A DNA stretch of 58,057 nucleotides, filler included, from Squatina squatina (GCA_031763465.1; 3 parts of 3 records of this genome joined end to end with filler, not necessarily neighbours in it); one strand, 5' to 3'; shown: positions 26,331 through 40,359, numbered from the whole stretch's first letter. Numbers and translations: made by a program. The notes: a model not told the origin generated them from the letters alone.

Positions 26331-29300
26331 NNNNNNNNNNNNNNNNNNNNNNNNNNNNNNNNNNNNNNNNNNNNNNNNNNNNNNNNNNNNNNNNNNNNNN
26401 NNNNNNNNNNNNNNNNNNNNNNNNNNNNNNGGTTTGTTTTGCTGACTAAACGGTTAAAGAGATGTCTACTTACAGCTGTCAAAAGGTGTAGGAAATGGCA
26501 GGCAGGCCATTCCGCCTGACCTGCTTCTGACCTCTCCCACTCAAAGGTCAGAGTGTGGCCGCTACAAGGAGTGGAACCTGCCAGACATGGTGGTGAAGAA
26601 AGATTCTAATTTAGCCACATACTGGAGCACTGAGGTCAACGACTTGGTATACCGGCTTAAAACCGGTATTAAAACCAGCTAAAAAATAAAATGACCAAAT
26701 TCCAAAAGCCTTTTTGGAGAAATTAGTGTCCAAAGCTTTTCAGAATACAACAAAACTCTGTTTCCAATTATTTTTTTTAACAAAAGTGTGCATTCTATAA
26801 CTTTCCTATCATCCATTTTTCACAAGATAATTGCGTAAATCCATTTTTCTTAGAATATGTAAAATATAATTGAGCTGAGAAATTCTCATTCAGCTGTGGC
26901 ATCATTTAATTTTTTTGTGTTTAAATGTTTAGTGAAAAGTATTGGTTTGAGGTTTGTGTACTGATTCCTGTTTATGAGAGATAGCAATGATTGTGATTTG
27001 TAATCCACTTTAGAAAGCAGTCCTGCGTCAATGCTTTATTTATTATTTCTGTTTAACTCTAGTGAGAGCCCAAAATTAACATTGTCTATCAGTGATTAAT
27101 AACTTCAGAAATAAATACTTCTTTTTCATTGAGAAGAATCTGCTCATTGGACAAAATGGTAGCCTCAAGTTAGCGAATAAAGGCTTCTCAGAGACTTGTG
27201 GCAGTAGCCCAGGAAAATTAACACCTTGACGTTTCCCTTAGGCCTGTGAAAAAACATCTGCCTTGGCATTTCCCTGTGGCAGCGGCACGGCTGAGGCCAA
27301 TAACTTAGCGTGTGAAGAATTATGGGCAAAAACCAGCATCCTACTCTACTGAGTATATTTTCTTCTGGCCACCAAGGTGAGTGAAAGAGTCAACATGATT
27401 ATCAAACAGGGAAAACAAAACCATTTATGTACAGCACAGTGGTGATGTAACATACTGCTTCATTCAACTACCATTATTATGATCATCTTTAAGAGTAAAT
27501 TTAAATCAAAATAAAACAGATTTATCTAACATGAAATTTCTCAATTTGCATAAAAATATGCATTTCCTTTTTGATTTTATAACAGCACTTTCTGGACTGC
27601 TCTCAGTTCTAAGGTCCCCTAGTCACAGAAGGTGGCATCCTTTCAGGGTCAATATTGCTATGGGCCATGATTAGCAGTGTTGTTGTTGTACAACATGTCC
27701 TCTATTGCTTCACATTAAAATGAGGAACGTTTTTATTAGTTAGTGAAGTGAAGACAAGATTGATAGATGGTCTTTGAAGGTGACCATCTGCCCTGAACTG
27801 TGGAGGTGCTAAACTGTAGAAACAGACACTGTCCCAATAATCCCAGATGAACTTTGTATAGAGGCCTCAAGACAAAGGTTTCCTGCAAGGGGAAAGGAAA
27901 ATAGTCCAGAGGTAAAACTTTAATGTATGATGGATGAGGCAGTGAAGAAGGTCACATAGTGATGAATAGGAGGAGATTGATCAAGGAAGGCAGTAAGCGA
28001 GGAGTTGTCTGATACATTGTATCTGTAAGGCTCGCTCCATTTCAAACCTCACTGATAAGTACTTAACCAATAAGTTATAACCAGAACACTATAATAAAAA
28101 AGTGAATTAATTTCAGATTAACACTTTTTTTCTTGCTGATAGAAATTAAAGATGTTTATTTCCGATGAAGGTTTTATANNNNNNNNNNNNNNNNNNNNNN
28201 NNNNNNNNNNNNNNNNNNNNNNNNNNNNNNNNNNNNNNNNNNNNNNNNNNNNNNNNNNNNNNNNNNNNNNNNNNNNNNGTTTCAGGGCCATTATTTTCAT
28301 AATTGTTTCAATCGTCGCTATTTTGTTACTTTGATTCTCCTTTTTTACTTTCGCTGTCTGAATGCATCACTCCCCTTTGTCTTCTCATATTTTACTGTTC
28401 AAAGCCTTCTGTCACTGAGGGAACTGTTTTTCTCCACTCCCAGTTCAATCTCAATGATTGATTTCTTTTTGATTGCACAGCCATTTATTTATCAAGTGAG
28501 CTTGTAGGCTGGAAAATTTGCATTTGCAAAGAGATAAAACAGGCTTGCACTGCTCTTTTAGTGAACATTTTGAACACATTTATTTCAGTTCAGAATGGCA
28601 CAATCAGATTAAAATAACCAAGGCTGCCATTGCCCTTTCTAAATTATGTTTGGTCACATCATCCATACTTCACCACCAGCTTTCAAATTTCCTACTGAGA
28701 AGTCTTTTCTGTCTCAACTGGCAAGAGTCCAGAATAGGGTAATGGAAGACAGACCTTTGTGAAGGCAAAAGAGATGACAATAAGATCACAGAATTGACCT
28801 TTGACCTAGACACGATTCTTTCAGGTTACTGTTGTGGGCTTCTCTTTCTTCTCCACCAGCTTGAACTGTAGCCCAGGCCTATTATCTGTGTTTCTTTTGT
28901 TCAGGAAGTGGTCACAGCAATCTGGAAAAAAATGCTGATGTTACACAAAACAAGTTGGTTGGGAATAGCTAAAACTAGGGCAGGGTTTATCAAGCAGCGC
29001 GGAAGAAATAATAGTCTTTTCATCCCACTGACAACTGACTGTGTTTGTGTGTTAGTAAAATCGATGTGTGGCTATTGTCTGTTGAGCCCTAATAGAAAAA
29101 CTCTTCCGAAATATCTGATACACTCACATTAAGCAGTATTTCTTTGTGATANNNNNNNNNNNNNNNNNNNNNNNNNNNNNNNNNNNNNNNNNNNNNNNNN
29201 NNNNNNNNNNNNNNNNNNNNNNNNNNNNNNNNNNNNNNNNNNNNNNNNNNNNNNNNNNNNNNNNNNNNNNNNNNNNNNNNNNNNNNNNNNNNNNNNNNNN

Positions 29301-29464
29301 NNNNNNNNNNNNNNNNNNNNNNNNNNNNNNNNNNNNNNNNNNNNNNNNNNNNNNNNNNNNNNNNNNNNNNNNNNNNTCTGATTCTATTTAATCCTCTGAG
29401 TCAATGTACTTATTTGATTTTGTCCTAATTCAAGTGCTGTTTATTCTAGAATAATTCAGGTTCA

Positions 29465-29895
29465 CCAGGGCTCCAAGAGTTAGATTATGAGGAGAGATTA
29501 CATAAACTCGGTTTGCATTCCCTTGAATATAGAAGGTTAAGGGGAAATTTGATTGAGATTTAGATTTTGAAAGGAATTGATAGGGTAGATAATAAACTTT
29601 TTTCCGCTGGTGAGGCAGTCAAGGACAAGGGCACATAAGCTTAAAATCAGAGTCAGGTCATTCAGGAGACAAGCTAGGAAACACTACTTCACGCAAAGGG
29701 TGGAAGAAGCGTGTAAGTCTCTCCCACAAAAAGCAGTAGATGCTAGCTCAACTGATAATTTTAAATTTGAGATTGATAAAGTTTTGCTAGACAGTGTATA
29801 AAAGGATATGGAGCCAAGGCAGGTGGAGGTGGTTAAGAAAGATAAATAGTACAGGCTCGAGGGATTGGATGGCCTACCCTTGTTCCTATTTTCCT
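29465..29895 (+). mobile_element. CR1 LINE 3' end
   Basis: Decayed YEERL.KLGL.SLE.RRLRG...SRTRAHKLKI...ARKHYFTQRV frame plus a CR1-type 3' UTR. Confidence 0.8.
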
Positions 29896-30744
29896 AATTA
29901 ATGACTAAAATTCAGTGTAATTTTTTTTTTATTAACCCCAATGGGTTTGATAATCCAAGTATTTTCCTGATTTTTGGGGGCATTTTTCTTCATAGATCAA
30001 AATAATTTACCTCACATCTTTGTACACTTAGCTGAATTAGCCACTATTTAGGGAGTAATTTTAAATAATGCCCACAAACAGTATGGATGGAATTCTGATT
30101 AGCAATATTCTCAGTATCAGCTATCTGCATCTATATCTGATGGCATTTTCCTGTTAATCTTTATCTTTTGACATGGAGGGAGGGCAGCTGTCAGTTGCAG
30201 TTGGGCTGCACTTAATGGACCAAAGATCAGGCTGTCTGTACACCTATCTTATAACATTAGAAGATTAAAAATCATCTACACTCTAAGACATAATCGACTA
30301 ATTTAGTTTCAAAGGGACAATCGACTCATTTTTATTTCAATTTGACCTGAAAGAAAATTTCATTTTCTTCTGTATGCTTTTGACAATGGTGATACAATAT
30401 TAATTTAATGAATATTATCATTCACTGTCTTACTAATTTGAGCAGGCTGTTATAATATTTAACATGTGCTCGTGCTGTCTTTTTTGCACATTTTCTACTA
30501 AAGTACAAAAAAGACCCACCACCACCCTGATGCTGAACTACCTGGGTTGTATGAATGAAACAGAAACACTCATACATTTTCTCAAACTCTCAAAGAGAGC
30601 CAGAACACATATATTTTCTTTTCACCTTCATCTACTTGGATTGTTACAAATGAGAGAGTAAAATCTTAAGTCATGTTCTATAGGATATTGAAAGATTTTG
30701 AAAATTGTGATTGGGAAGGAGAAATAATTTCTTTTTAACACTTT

Positions 30745-30900
30745 GGAGCCCATACAGGAGGCAGGCAAGTTGATCTCTGGTCTGTGCTGAGCTAGAAATG
30801 TTACATGTAGCCACCATTCCTCTTGAGTTAAGGGAGAAAAAATGTCCAGGGTTCCGATTCCTGGTCACTCTCCAGAGAGGATTTATGTGGACATCGGTTG
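30745..30900 (+). mobile_element. Old SINE fragment
   Basis: gatctctggtctgtgctgagctag...ccagggttccgattcctggtcactctccag resembles an elasmobranch SINE; recognised from memory. Confidence 0.35.
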
Positions 30901-31969
30901 AGTTCACGTCCAGCTCTGCGTCCTCCTGCTGTAAAAAGCCTGCAAACAGTCACTTTCATTGCTCATACATGATTATTAAACACGTGGGTAAAGTACTGGA
31001 GGATGACTGCAGGCCATGAAGCCCTGCTTGGCAAGGAACCAACATCTACAAGAGAGGTAGAGAAGGGTGAAATTTGGTGAGCAAAAAAATAGTTGCTTTG
31101 GCCTAATATCATTTTGTTCTTAAATGGTAGAAATTAGTCTGAGCCTGCTTTTGGGCCCAGACTCTGCACGACTGCATGTCGAAGTCAAGAATCGATAGAA
31201 ATTGGTCTCGGTGCAATTGTTTAAAAAAGTTAGTTAAAATACTCGAAGAGCATTCTGTGCATTAAATTCCTTATTCGTTTACAAAGAAACAAAACATAAA
31301 AATGATTACTCCAGCTGTCTGAGGCAACGCTCCCTTGTAATACACCCTCATTCAATGAATCATTACCATTGCTCCTAATCGAGTAGGAAGCTGATGTGAC
31401 GGGACAATTGTAGTTTGAGAGAAGTGGCATAATCTTTCCTCCCAACAGCCAGCTTAATGAAATATCTGTTCCTGCTGCAGTTATTGCTGGTTATTATACA
31501 CCTAATAAACTTTCATCCATAAATTATTTGTTTTGTGTTTTGTCAGTTTTAACTCAGGCCACTGGTCAGCAGTGGTACACAAAAGTGGGATACTCCTAAT
31601 GATTCGACTTAAAGTTTACTAGTGTCTTATCCGCTGTGTAATATGCTATCTTTTCGGTGGGAATAGAAAGTATTTGGCTTACCTGCCTTGAACCAGCCTC
31701 TCGCTGGTCAACTAAAACCTTGATAACATTCGCTGAAAAGTTTGAAGACTAGGCTAAACAGGCTCCTATCCAGTTGTGTAATATTGAGCAATCTACACAA
31801 AGGAAAACAGGACTAAAATCTGTTCTAAAAAAAAGTTGAGAGTCAGGCAAAGTGAGGCTTGGAGCTAACAGCTATGTGATGATTGGCAGAGTGTTAAGAA
31901 AAGCTGCCCTATGGAGATCTGTGTAGCTATCAAAATCACGACCCTGACAAAGACAATAAGAAAAGACAA

Positions 31970-32610
31970 GGGACTAGAAATTCAACTCCTGTTGTGCCCC
32001 GTTAGCGCCTCCGAGGGGAGCTAACGGGGTGAAACAGGACAAAACTGGCGCCGGGAATTCATCGCCTCCCGGGGAATTCATCTGGGACACAAAGGCCTTT
32101 GCGCCTGGCCAGCAGAATTCCACAGTGGGTCGGTGCGTGACGTCATAAAGATGCACGCCGACCCGCACTGTGCAGTCGTAACCCCCTTTGCGGCCTGTTT
32201 GCGTCCCACAGGCGGAATTCACCCACTGCAGCACAGGGCGGTTGCAGCAACAGCAAAACCTGTCGCTGCAACGGCCCTCTTAAAGTGGGGGGGGGGCCTG
32301 TGCGCCTGCAGCCGGCATCTTGATTTGTCGGCCGACTTTGTTGTTGGCCGAATGATCGCGGCCGGATCCGGCTGCCATCCNNNNNNNNNNNNNNNNNNNN
32401 NNNNNNNNNNNNNNNNNNNNNNNNNNNNNNNNNNNNNNNNNNNNNNNNNNNNNNNNNNNNNNNNNNNNNNNNNNNNNNNNCCACCTACCACCATGCCCCC
32501 CACACCAATTTACCTCGTTTAGCATGGCAGCCATTTCGGGCGGCTGTTAACGGCAGTTGGCGAGGACACCAGCTGCTTTCCGGGCAACAACTAATTTTTT
32601 TTTCTCCTAA
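31970..32610. mobile_element. GC-rich non-autonomous DNA transposon-like insertion
   Basis: Abrupt switch to CpG-rich sequence starting gggactagaaattc, with gttagcgcc / gctaacgggg subterminal motifs; no sensible ORF. Confidence 0.5.
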
Positions 32611-33361
32611 TGTGTTTTCCCAACTCTCCATTAATGCATTCACACAACGGCCACTTAACTTCTGCCTCCTCTTCACAGGTGAAGTTCCTGAGGTGTCAGA
32701 TACCAGTGCTCCTGAAGTTAAAGCCAAAATTTGCTGTTAATTTATAGCTAGCTTAAGAGGGTTTTTAAGTTTTTAATCACTGATATGCTCTTACCCATAA
32801 GTGGAATTAACAATTTCTTCAATGGAAAACTAAAAATGTTCACTGCATTTGTAAAAATAGAGAACTGCGATTGTGACTTTCCAGGAATTCTACGCCACAG
32901 TGTTAGAATGTTAAACAACAGCAAATAATGTTGTAGCAAGAGAGAAGATATGTTTTGTCCCTTATGACTTTATTGCACACATTTACCTTTAGCCCCTGAC
33001 AGTTACAAAGTAAATGCCAGAAAGTACTGTCAAGTATTGCTAAAGGGCAGATAGAGTTCTCAAAGGACCCATCTTTAGGCAGAGTCAAANNNNNNNNNNN
33101 NNNNNNNNNNNNNNNNNNNNNNNNNNNNNNNNNNNNNNNNNNNNNNNNNNNNNNNNNNNNNNNNNNNNNNNNNNNNNNNNNNNNNNNNNGAGCTGGAGGC
33201 GATCACTTCCCAGGCAATCTGAAGCGCCATACCTTTTTAAAAAAGTATGAACTTAATTGTTCTAGGACACAAGTGGTCCTTCACTAACGGATGTCACCAG
33301 AGTCACTAGGGTAAAGATTATCCAAATAGAGTGCTGCAATTAGATAATTAAGAATACACAG

Positions 33362-33490
33362 AATAAACAGCACAGAGACAGGCCATTCGGCCCAACCAGT
33401 CCATGCCAGCATTTATGCTCCAGTCGAGCCTCCTCCCATCCTTCATCTAACTCTTGGCATAACCCTCTATTCCCTTCTCCCTCATATGCC
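33362..33490 (-). mobile_element. CR1 LINE 3' UTR fragment
   Basis: acagcacagagacaggccattcggcccaaccagtccatgccagcatttatgctcca...cctctattcccttctccctcatat. Confidence 0.65.
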
Positions 33491-34579
33491 TAGAAGCAAT
33501 ATTTGCAGCTACGTTTTTTTCAAAAACAGATGGAAGGGGAGAAATGTTTGAGTAGAAAGCACTCTTCCCTATATGTATCTTCATTTTAGGTCTTTAGGTA
33601 GCCAAATGAAGATTGTGGAAAGGGCCTTACCTGCGAGCCCTGACCAACAGCCGTGAAACTTTTCCAAGCAGTTCAGCAGATTGACGTAAACGCTCTTCAT
33701 TCTATCAAATGAAAAATCCATTATGTTACAAAATAAAGTCAACACTTTAGAATCATCTACACAGCAGACTTGATCATGGCATGCAGTGCACGTTCTTAAT
33801 GAGTTATCTGTAGAGACTTCTAAAATCTTTTTAAAAACAATTTCCAGATCCTACAGCTTGTGCAATTATTACTGTGATGCAAACAATCAATTCTGTGTAT
33901 TTGGAATGGTTATTAGAGAATAATATAGAACTAGTTTGTGCAGAAGAAAAGTTCAAAAAATATTTTATTTTACTATTCGTGTGTAACAAATGACTTGATT
34001 ACTGGTGCAAATGGCATTAAAGCACACTTGAATTTCATTTGATACCATTAAATATGAACACAAATATCTTAAACAGGGCTCGCTTTCTTCAGATCTTGAT
34101 GCGTTCCAGTTCTTTTGCATGGAAAGTAAATATATATTCTGGAATGCAATTATGCTTAAAAACACCAGACTCTTATAAAACTAATACTGTATGTATCGAT
34201 TCTGAATTGTTATATTTTGAAGGATTAAATAAAGTCAAAAAGAAATCTGAGTTAAAGTTTCAAACAAGAAATTCACTGCCAGACTGCTCTAACTCGAAGA
34301 GAATAAAGGACGTTTGGATTTCCAGGATTCCGACCTTAACACTCCCTTGGGAGAATAACATTTTCCTTCCACTTGCTCGTGATGTGGATTGTTGTCTAGC
34401 TGACTACACTCTCTGTAAGAGAATAATGTCCTCCTTTCAACTTCAACTGAGAGAAATGGGCAGGCACCACTATCTAAGAGGAAATAATTCTTCCCGAGTC
34501 AATTAATTAGAACTAGATAAATATCTCAGGATTGGNNNNNNNNNNNNNNNNNNNNNNNNNNNNNNNNNNNNNNNNNNNN

Positions 34580-34591
34580 TTAATTAATTAA
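34580..34591. other. Synthetic scaffold spacer TTAATTAATTAA within gap
   Basis: Same 44 N + 12 nt + 44 N construct as at 15050. Confidence 0.9.
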
Positions 34592-35224
34592 NNNNNNNNN
34601 NNNNNNNNNNNNNNNNNNNNNNNNNNNNNNNNNNNAGTTTGGATTCTGAACCAAGGCACAGGCTTGATGCTGTCACAATGAAAGTGTTACCAGAGCTAAT
34701 GTACAGTAAGATTCCGATGACAAGGTGGAAGGAACATGCAGCCTTTGTTCAACTCTTGCTGTATTGAGTGGCTCCTTATGTCACTCAGCTGCTGTTCTTC
34801 CCCGCCCACAGCACATTAATTAAATGGCACTTTGTGACCCGTGTGACATTTCTCTCTTGCAGGCCTGGCGATTCAGCACTGCCTTTGGCACGGTTAGTGA
34901 GTGGAAGTTTGCAGAAATTGCCAGCATGGCTGACCACCTGAAGGACTGTCGATACAACACAGTGGAGAGGACCGGGGAGGCTGTCCCATTGCCCTGCATG
35001 TGCGTGACGCGGGAGCTCACTAAAGGAGGCCGCCCTTTGCGTGCTGTTCTAAAAGCAGTTCTCTAATCCCTTTGGGCGCTGACAACGTACTACAAAACAT
35101 TCTAACCTTAAATGTGGTCCGTCAACTTTGTATACGATATATTTTGCTTTGATGTGAGATTTATTTTTGTAGTACAGCTTACCTTGCTGTATCTATTTGG
35201 TCTACTTCTGGGATCCGAAGTGTC

Positions 35225-35354
35225 AGCTTCACCCAGTGGTAGCACTCTTGCCCGAGTCAGAAGATCATGGGTTAAAGCCCTACGTCAGGACCCAAGCACA
35301 TAATCTAGGGTGACACTTCAGTGCAGTACTGAGGAGGTGCTGCATTGTCAGAGG
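35225..35354 (+). mobile_element. Deu-type (SacSINE1-like) SINE 5' part
   Basis: tRNA-like head cagtggtagcactcttgcc..gagtcagaag...gggttaaagccc followed by cagtgcagtactgaggaggtgctgcattgtcagagg. Confidence 0.65.
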
Positions 35355-38189
35355 NNNNNNNNNNNNNNNNNNNNNNNNNNNNNNNNNNNNNNNNNNNNNN
35401 NNNNNNNNNNNNNNNNNNNNNNNNNNNNNNNNNNNNNNNNNNNNNNNNNNNNNNNNNNNNNNNNNNNNNNNNNNNNNNNNNNNNNNNNNNNNNNNNNNNN
35501 NNNNNNNNNNNNNNCACGATTCTTTGTCTTTTCGAATAACAGCTCTGGCGTATTCTGAGGTTCAAAAGGTTGTCCTTTAAGTTACGTCAATAAGCTAGCT
35601 GCTGCAAAGCAATACTATACCTCACGCTGATCAAAAGCAAAAATGGCGCAGTGCAGTGGATTCACACTATACAATTTTGCCACTTTTAGCACTTTAGTTT
35701 TACAGCCCCATTTTATTAATTGATCACCAAATGGTTAATACTTTGATACTCATAGTTCATCCATTGTTTCTCACCTGTCCTCTTTCCTAACTCTGCCTTT
35801 GCAAGTGTTACCACTAAATCCAAGAGGGCTGTTTTCAGTTTCCCGAGTGAAAGGCTGTGCTTTGTGAATCCACCTAAGTGACTGAACCTAAATTAATCCC
35901 AGAAGCAAGGAGCAGCTGTCAGTTTGGAGGTCTAGCAATCGGCTACCAAAGCAACATGGTTTCATTTTTTAATACAGTTCATAGTTAGAATTTTTTGTTA
36001 AAGTGAGCATGTGCATTTTTGTTCACACATACTGCCAAAAATAGATTTGAATGTCCTCCCCATCAGCCTTAGCATTTGAAACTCTGATCCGGTAATGTGT
36101 TGACATGGCTTCACGATCGAATGTAGCGCCTTTTTACCACAAGTACCTGACTTTATTGAGTTTAAAACACTTTTGAGGGAACGATACAAGGAGTGCGGCT
36201 TATTGTGGAACGCCACTTTATNNNNNNNNNNNNNNNNNNNNNNNNNNNNNNNNNNNNNNNNNNNNNNNNNNNNNNNNNNNNNNNNNNNNNNNNNNNNNNN
36301 NNNNNNNNNNNNNNNNNNNNNNNNNNNNNNNNNNNNNNNNNNNNNNNNNNNNNNNNNNNNNNNNNNNNNNNNNNNNNNNNNNNNNNNNNNNNNNNNNNNN
36401 NNNNNNNNNNNNNNNNNNNNNNNNNNNNNNNNNNNNNNNNNNNNNNNNNNNNNNNNNNNNNNNNNNNNNNNNNNNNNNNNNNNNNNNNNNNNNNNNNNNN
36501 NNNNNNNNNNNNNNNNNNNNNNNNNNNNNNNNNNNNNNNNNNNNNNNNNNNNNNNNNNNNNNNNNNNNNNNNNNNNNNNNNNNNNNNNNNNNNNNNNNNN
36601 NNNNNNNNNNNNNNNNNNNNNNNNNNNNNNNNNNNNNNNNNNNNNNNNNNNNNNNNNNNNNNNNNNNNNNNNNNNNNNNNNNNNNNNNNNNNNNNNNNNN
36701 NNNNNNNNNNNNNNNNNNNNNNNNNNNNNNNNNNNNNNNNNNNNNNNNNNNNNNNNNNNNNNNNNNNNNNNNNNNNNNNNNNNNNNNNNNNNNNNNNNNN
36801 NNNNNNNNNNNNNNNNNNNNNNNNNNNNNNNNNNNNNNNNNNNNNNNNNNNNNNNNNNNNNNNNNNNNNNNNNNNNNNNNNNNNNNNNNNNNNNNNNNNN
36901 NNNNNNNNNNNNNNNNNNNNNNNNNNNNNNNNNNNNNNNNNNNNNNNNNNNNNNNNNNNNNNNNNNNNNNNNNNNNNNNNNNNNNNNNNNNNNNNNNNNN
37001 NNNNNNNNNNNNNNNNNNNNNNNNNNNNNNNNNNNNNNNNNNNNNNNNNNNNNNNNNNNNNNNNNNNNGTGTCCTGGGGAAATCTCGTCCGCCCATTGGA
37101 AGGGAAGAGAACCTCCTTGCCAGAAAAAGAATACAAAAAACTAGCCTAAACACGCAAAAAGATTTAAGTTCAAACAGTGATGGACAGGAATGCAGATTTG
37201 AAGTTGTGCATGTGTGTGTTTATTTTAATTTGTTTGTGTAAAGATATCTACAAGTGAATGAATTATTATTCATTGATATATCAATCTCTCCATTCAGTGT
37301 GAATAGGTTTTGTGCTGCAACTTCAAGCATACACTATTCCACTGAAGATCATTTTGACCTCCGATAACCCTATTCTGCAGTTGCTTCATTTTGGCTGCAT
37401 TACTTTTTTTTCATCCTCCAGGGACTGAAGCATTTGGTTCACTAACCATATTCATATCCATTACCATCTAGTTAAACATTGCACTGGTCTGCTCATATCT
37501 AATGTATTCACATTATTAGTTTGTACCTTTTTAATCTCACACTTGTCTAAAACAACACTACCCCTGTGTATTTTTCTGCTTTCAAATATGAGAATAAAAG
37601 GCAATGAAGGGTCACGTTAAATTCTCCGATGCAACTAAGATGAAGATTGAAAGAAGTCTCTAATTTACTGTCCAAAGTAGACTTCACTTTTCTACATTCT
37701 GAGGTTTTGAGCAGCAGGAGTTTGCGTTGAGAGGACCTCTCCCCAGCCTGCTGGACTTTCAATGATGCACGATATTGAGCTTTTGTACTAAATGTTTGAT
37801 TTCATTTTAAATTGCAAGAATTCTAATAATAAAATTTGTCATTTTTATTAACTACTGAAAGTCTACGTTTGCATATTTGTACCACAAGGAAAGATTACAT
37901 GAGAATTGGATGGTTGCAGCTTTTTGGCCATGTTGAAAAATTGAACCTTTTTTGGAGTGATGGAGCAATGTAAATATGTTCACCATGGCTGCAATATTCA
38001 CCTTTCTCCGATGAAATGCTTTAGAAACACAGGAATTGCTGGATGTAAAAGACTGAAATATTGTCTATCTGGTTCTTCTGCCATCCTGGGAGTCACATGA
38101 TACAATGATAATGGAGTTGTTGAATAATAGCAATTGATCTCTATCAATGGATCTACAACAGACCCAGATACAAGTGAGGAAAACCCCAC

Positions 38190-38726
38190 CGGTGGAGAGC
38201 TTTGGGAACCAGAGGGCCAAAGTCACCTGCTCCTCCCAAGCACATTACACTGACCACATGTCTTGTCTCAAATTACTCATACACTGTATCCCAAAATATT
38301 ACTTTCTGAAAGAAATCTATTAAATTTGTGTTTGAATGAATGAACTAATACTAACCCCATTTCTCTAGGAAGCCCATTCCATAGATTGACCAATTGTTTG
38401 CTGAAATATTGTTTCCACAGATTAGTTTTGAATTTACTCCTCTGAGCGCAGGTCGTGTTCTCTGGTTCTGCTTCTCTGGACAGAGTGAAACAGCTCATCG
38501 TGGTCTACATTATCCAGTCCCTTTAAAATCCTAAAAACAGTAGTCATATCACCTCTCAATGACTTTTCCAATGTGAACATGCCCAATTTACATAATTGTT
38601 CCTATACATCCAAATCCCTCCACCCCTCAATCATTCTGGTAGCTCTATTCTGTATCCTTTCAATAACTGCAATACTCTTTCTGTATCGCGGTGACCAGAG
38701 CTGTACACAGTATTCTAAGTGTGGTC
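38190..38726 (-). mobile_element. CR1 LINE 3' fragment (decayed)
   Basis: Minus-strand remnants RPHLEYCVQLWSP and KQYFSKQLVNLWNGLP. Confidence 0.75.
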
Positions 38727-39203
38727 NNNNNNNNNNNNNNNNNNNNNNNNNNNNNNNNNNNNNNNNNNNNNNNNNNNNNNNNNNNNNNNNNNNNNNNNNN
38801 NNNNNNNNNNNNNNNNNNNNNNNNNNAAATCTCCCCTTAGCATTCTCTGCTCTAAGGAGAACAATCCCAGTTTCTATAGTCTCTCTACGTAACGTAAGTC
38901 ACCCATCCCTGTCCATTTACTTCTCGTTTTACATTTCAACGTAAGATTCTACACTGAATTCTTTCTCAATAAAATTAGCATTAGTATAAAATTCTCTTCA
39001 CTGTGAATATTTTAACTAATTTCAGATGATTTTAAATTTGTAAGGATTAATGCTTCATACTTACTTCTTAGCACATCCATGCAAACCTGTCGGATGTATT
39101 CATCTGAAATGCCTCTTCCCTATTAAAACAGTTTGGCATTAGGAATTAGCAACAGCATATTAAACAATAAATTGTATCAAAATAAAATTAGATGTACACC
39201 TAC

Positions 39204-39350
39204 AGAAATTCCTTCTGGTCCTGGTGGTCCTGGTGATCCTGACAGTCCATTGTTTCCTTTAGGGCCTTGAGACCCAGTTCTGCCAGGCATGCCAGGCTCT
39301 CCCCTTTGACCTCTTATGCCTGCAGAGCCCGATGCTCCTGGTTCACCTTT
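39204..39350 (-). CDS. COL21A1: FACIT collagen triple-helix exon (COL21A1-like, end of COL2)
   Basis: [49 protein letters not shown]; acceptor ttttcttctAG (exact 5' boundary uncertain by a few nt), donor GTAGGT. Confidence 0.65.
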
Positions 39351-39393
39351 CTAGAAGAAAAAGAGTCGTAATAACAGTGCTAGTATTATATAC

Positions 39394-39798
39394 GGTAGCA
39401 TAGTGGTTATGTTACTAGACTAGTAATCCAGAGGCCTGCATTAGTAATCCAGAGATGTGAGTTCAAATCCCACCACAGCAGCTGGGAGAATTTAAATTCA
39501 GTTAATTAAATAAATCTGGGATTAAAAAGCTACTGCCAGTAATGGTGACCATGAATCTACTGGATTGTTGTAAAAACCTATCTGGTTCACTAATGTCCTT
39601 TAGGGAAGGGAATCTACTGACCTTACCCAGTCTGGCCTATATGTGACTCCAGACCCACAGCAATGTGGTTGACTCTTAACTGCTCTCTATGGTTCAAGAA
39701 GGCAGCTCACGACCACCTTCTCAAGGGCATTTAGGGATGGGCAATAAATGCTGGCCTTGCCAGTGACGCCCACACCCCAGGAACATTTTTTTTTTAAA
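39394..39798 (+). mobile_element. Near full-length tRNA-derived SINE in collagen intron
   Basis: Pol III A box TAGCATAGTGG, B box GTTCAAATCCC, body, and tail ggcaataaatgctggccttgccagtgacgcccac. Confidence 0.8.
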
Positions 39799-40359
39799 AG
39801 GACCAAAAATCAGTGACAAATGCCCCCAACAGGACAGGAAGCAAATGTTTCTGTTACTTTTGTTAATGTGTATGCTTCACATAGAGTGAGGTGAAATAGG
39901 ACTGTCCCATTAATGCTTACTTGTCAAACTGTCCATAGGTANNNNNNNNNNNNNNNNNNNNNNNNNNNNNNNNNNNNNNNNNNNNNNNNNNNNNNNNNNN
40001 NNNNNNNNNNNNNNNNNNNNNNNNNNNNNNNNNNNNNNNNNAACTATTTTTAACAATTTAACTGTCCCCACGCTCCAAACCCACCCGTTTTTTTTAGGGG
40101 ATATTCTGGCCAATGTGTTTACAATTTCACCAAACTTAGACATAAAAAAACCTTTCCCCATGGTGTTTGATTCATAAATGATTTATTTCATTGCTGTTTG
40201 TGGGACCATGCTGTGCATAAATTGGCTACATGTTAACCTGCATAAAAGCAGAAGTGTTCAGTGTCGTGTCAAAGTTGTTACATAAATGCAAGTTCTTTCT
40301 TTCTCTGTGATACAATAAATGGGGTACAGGGATAGAAATGAATTACAAACTTTACAAAC

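Noticed and set aside
34039-34506. 155-aa plus-strand ORF
   Set aside because: AT-rich, non-ATG start, no recognisable motif or clear splice signals; likely chance.
36162-37153. Several ORFs of more than 300 aa in the ORF track
   Set aside because: Composed almost entirely of X from the N gap; the same applies to most gap-spanning ORFs.
39394-39475. tRNA gene (A and B boxes)
   Set aside because: It is the head of a SINE and continues into SINE body and tail; no cloverleaf.
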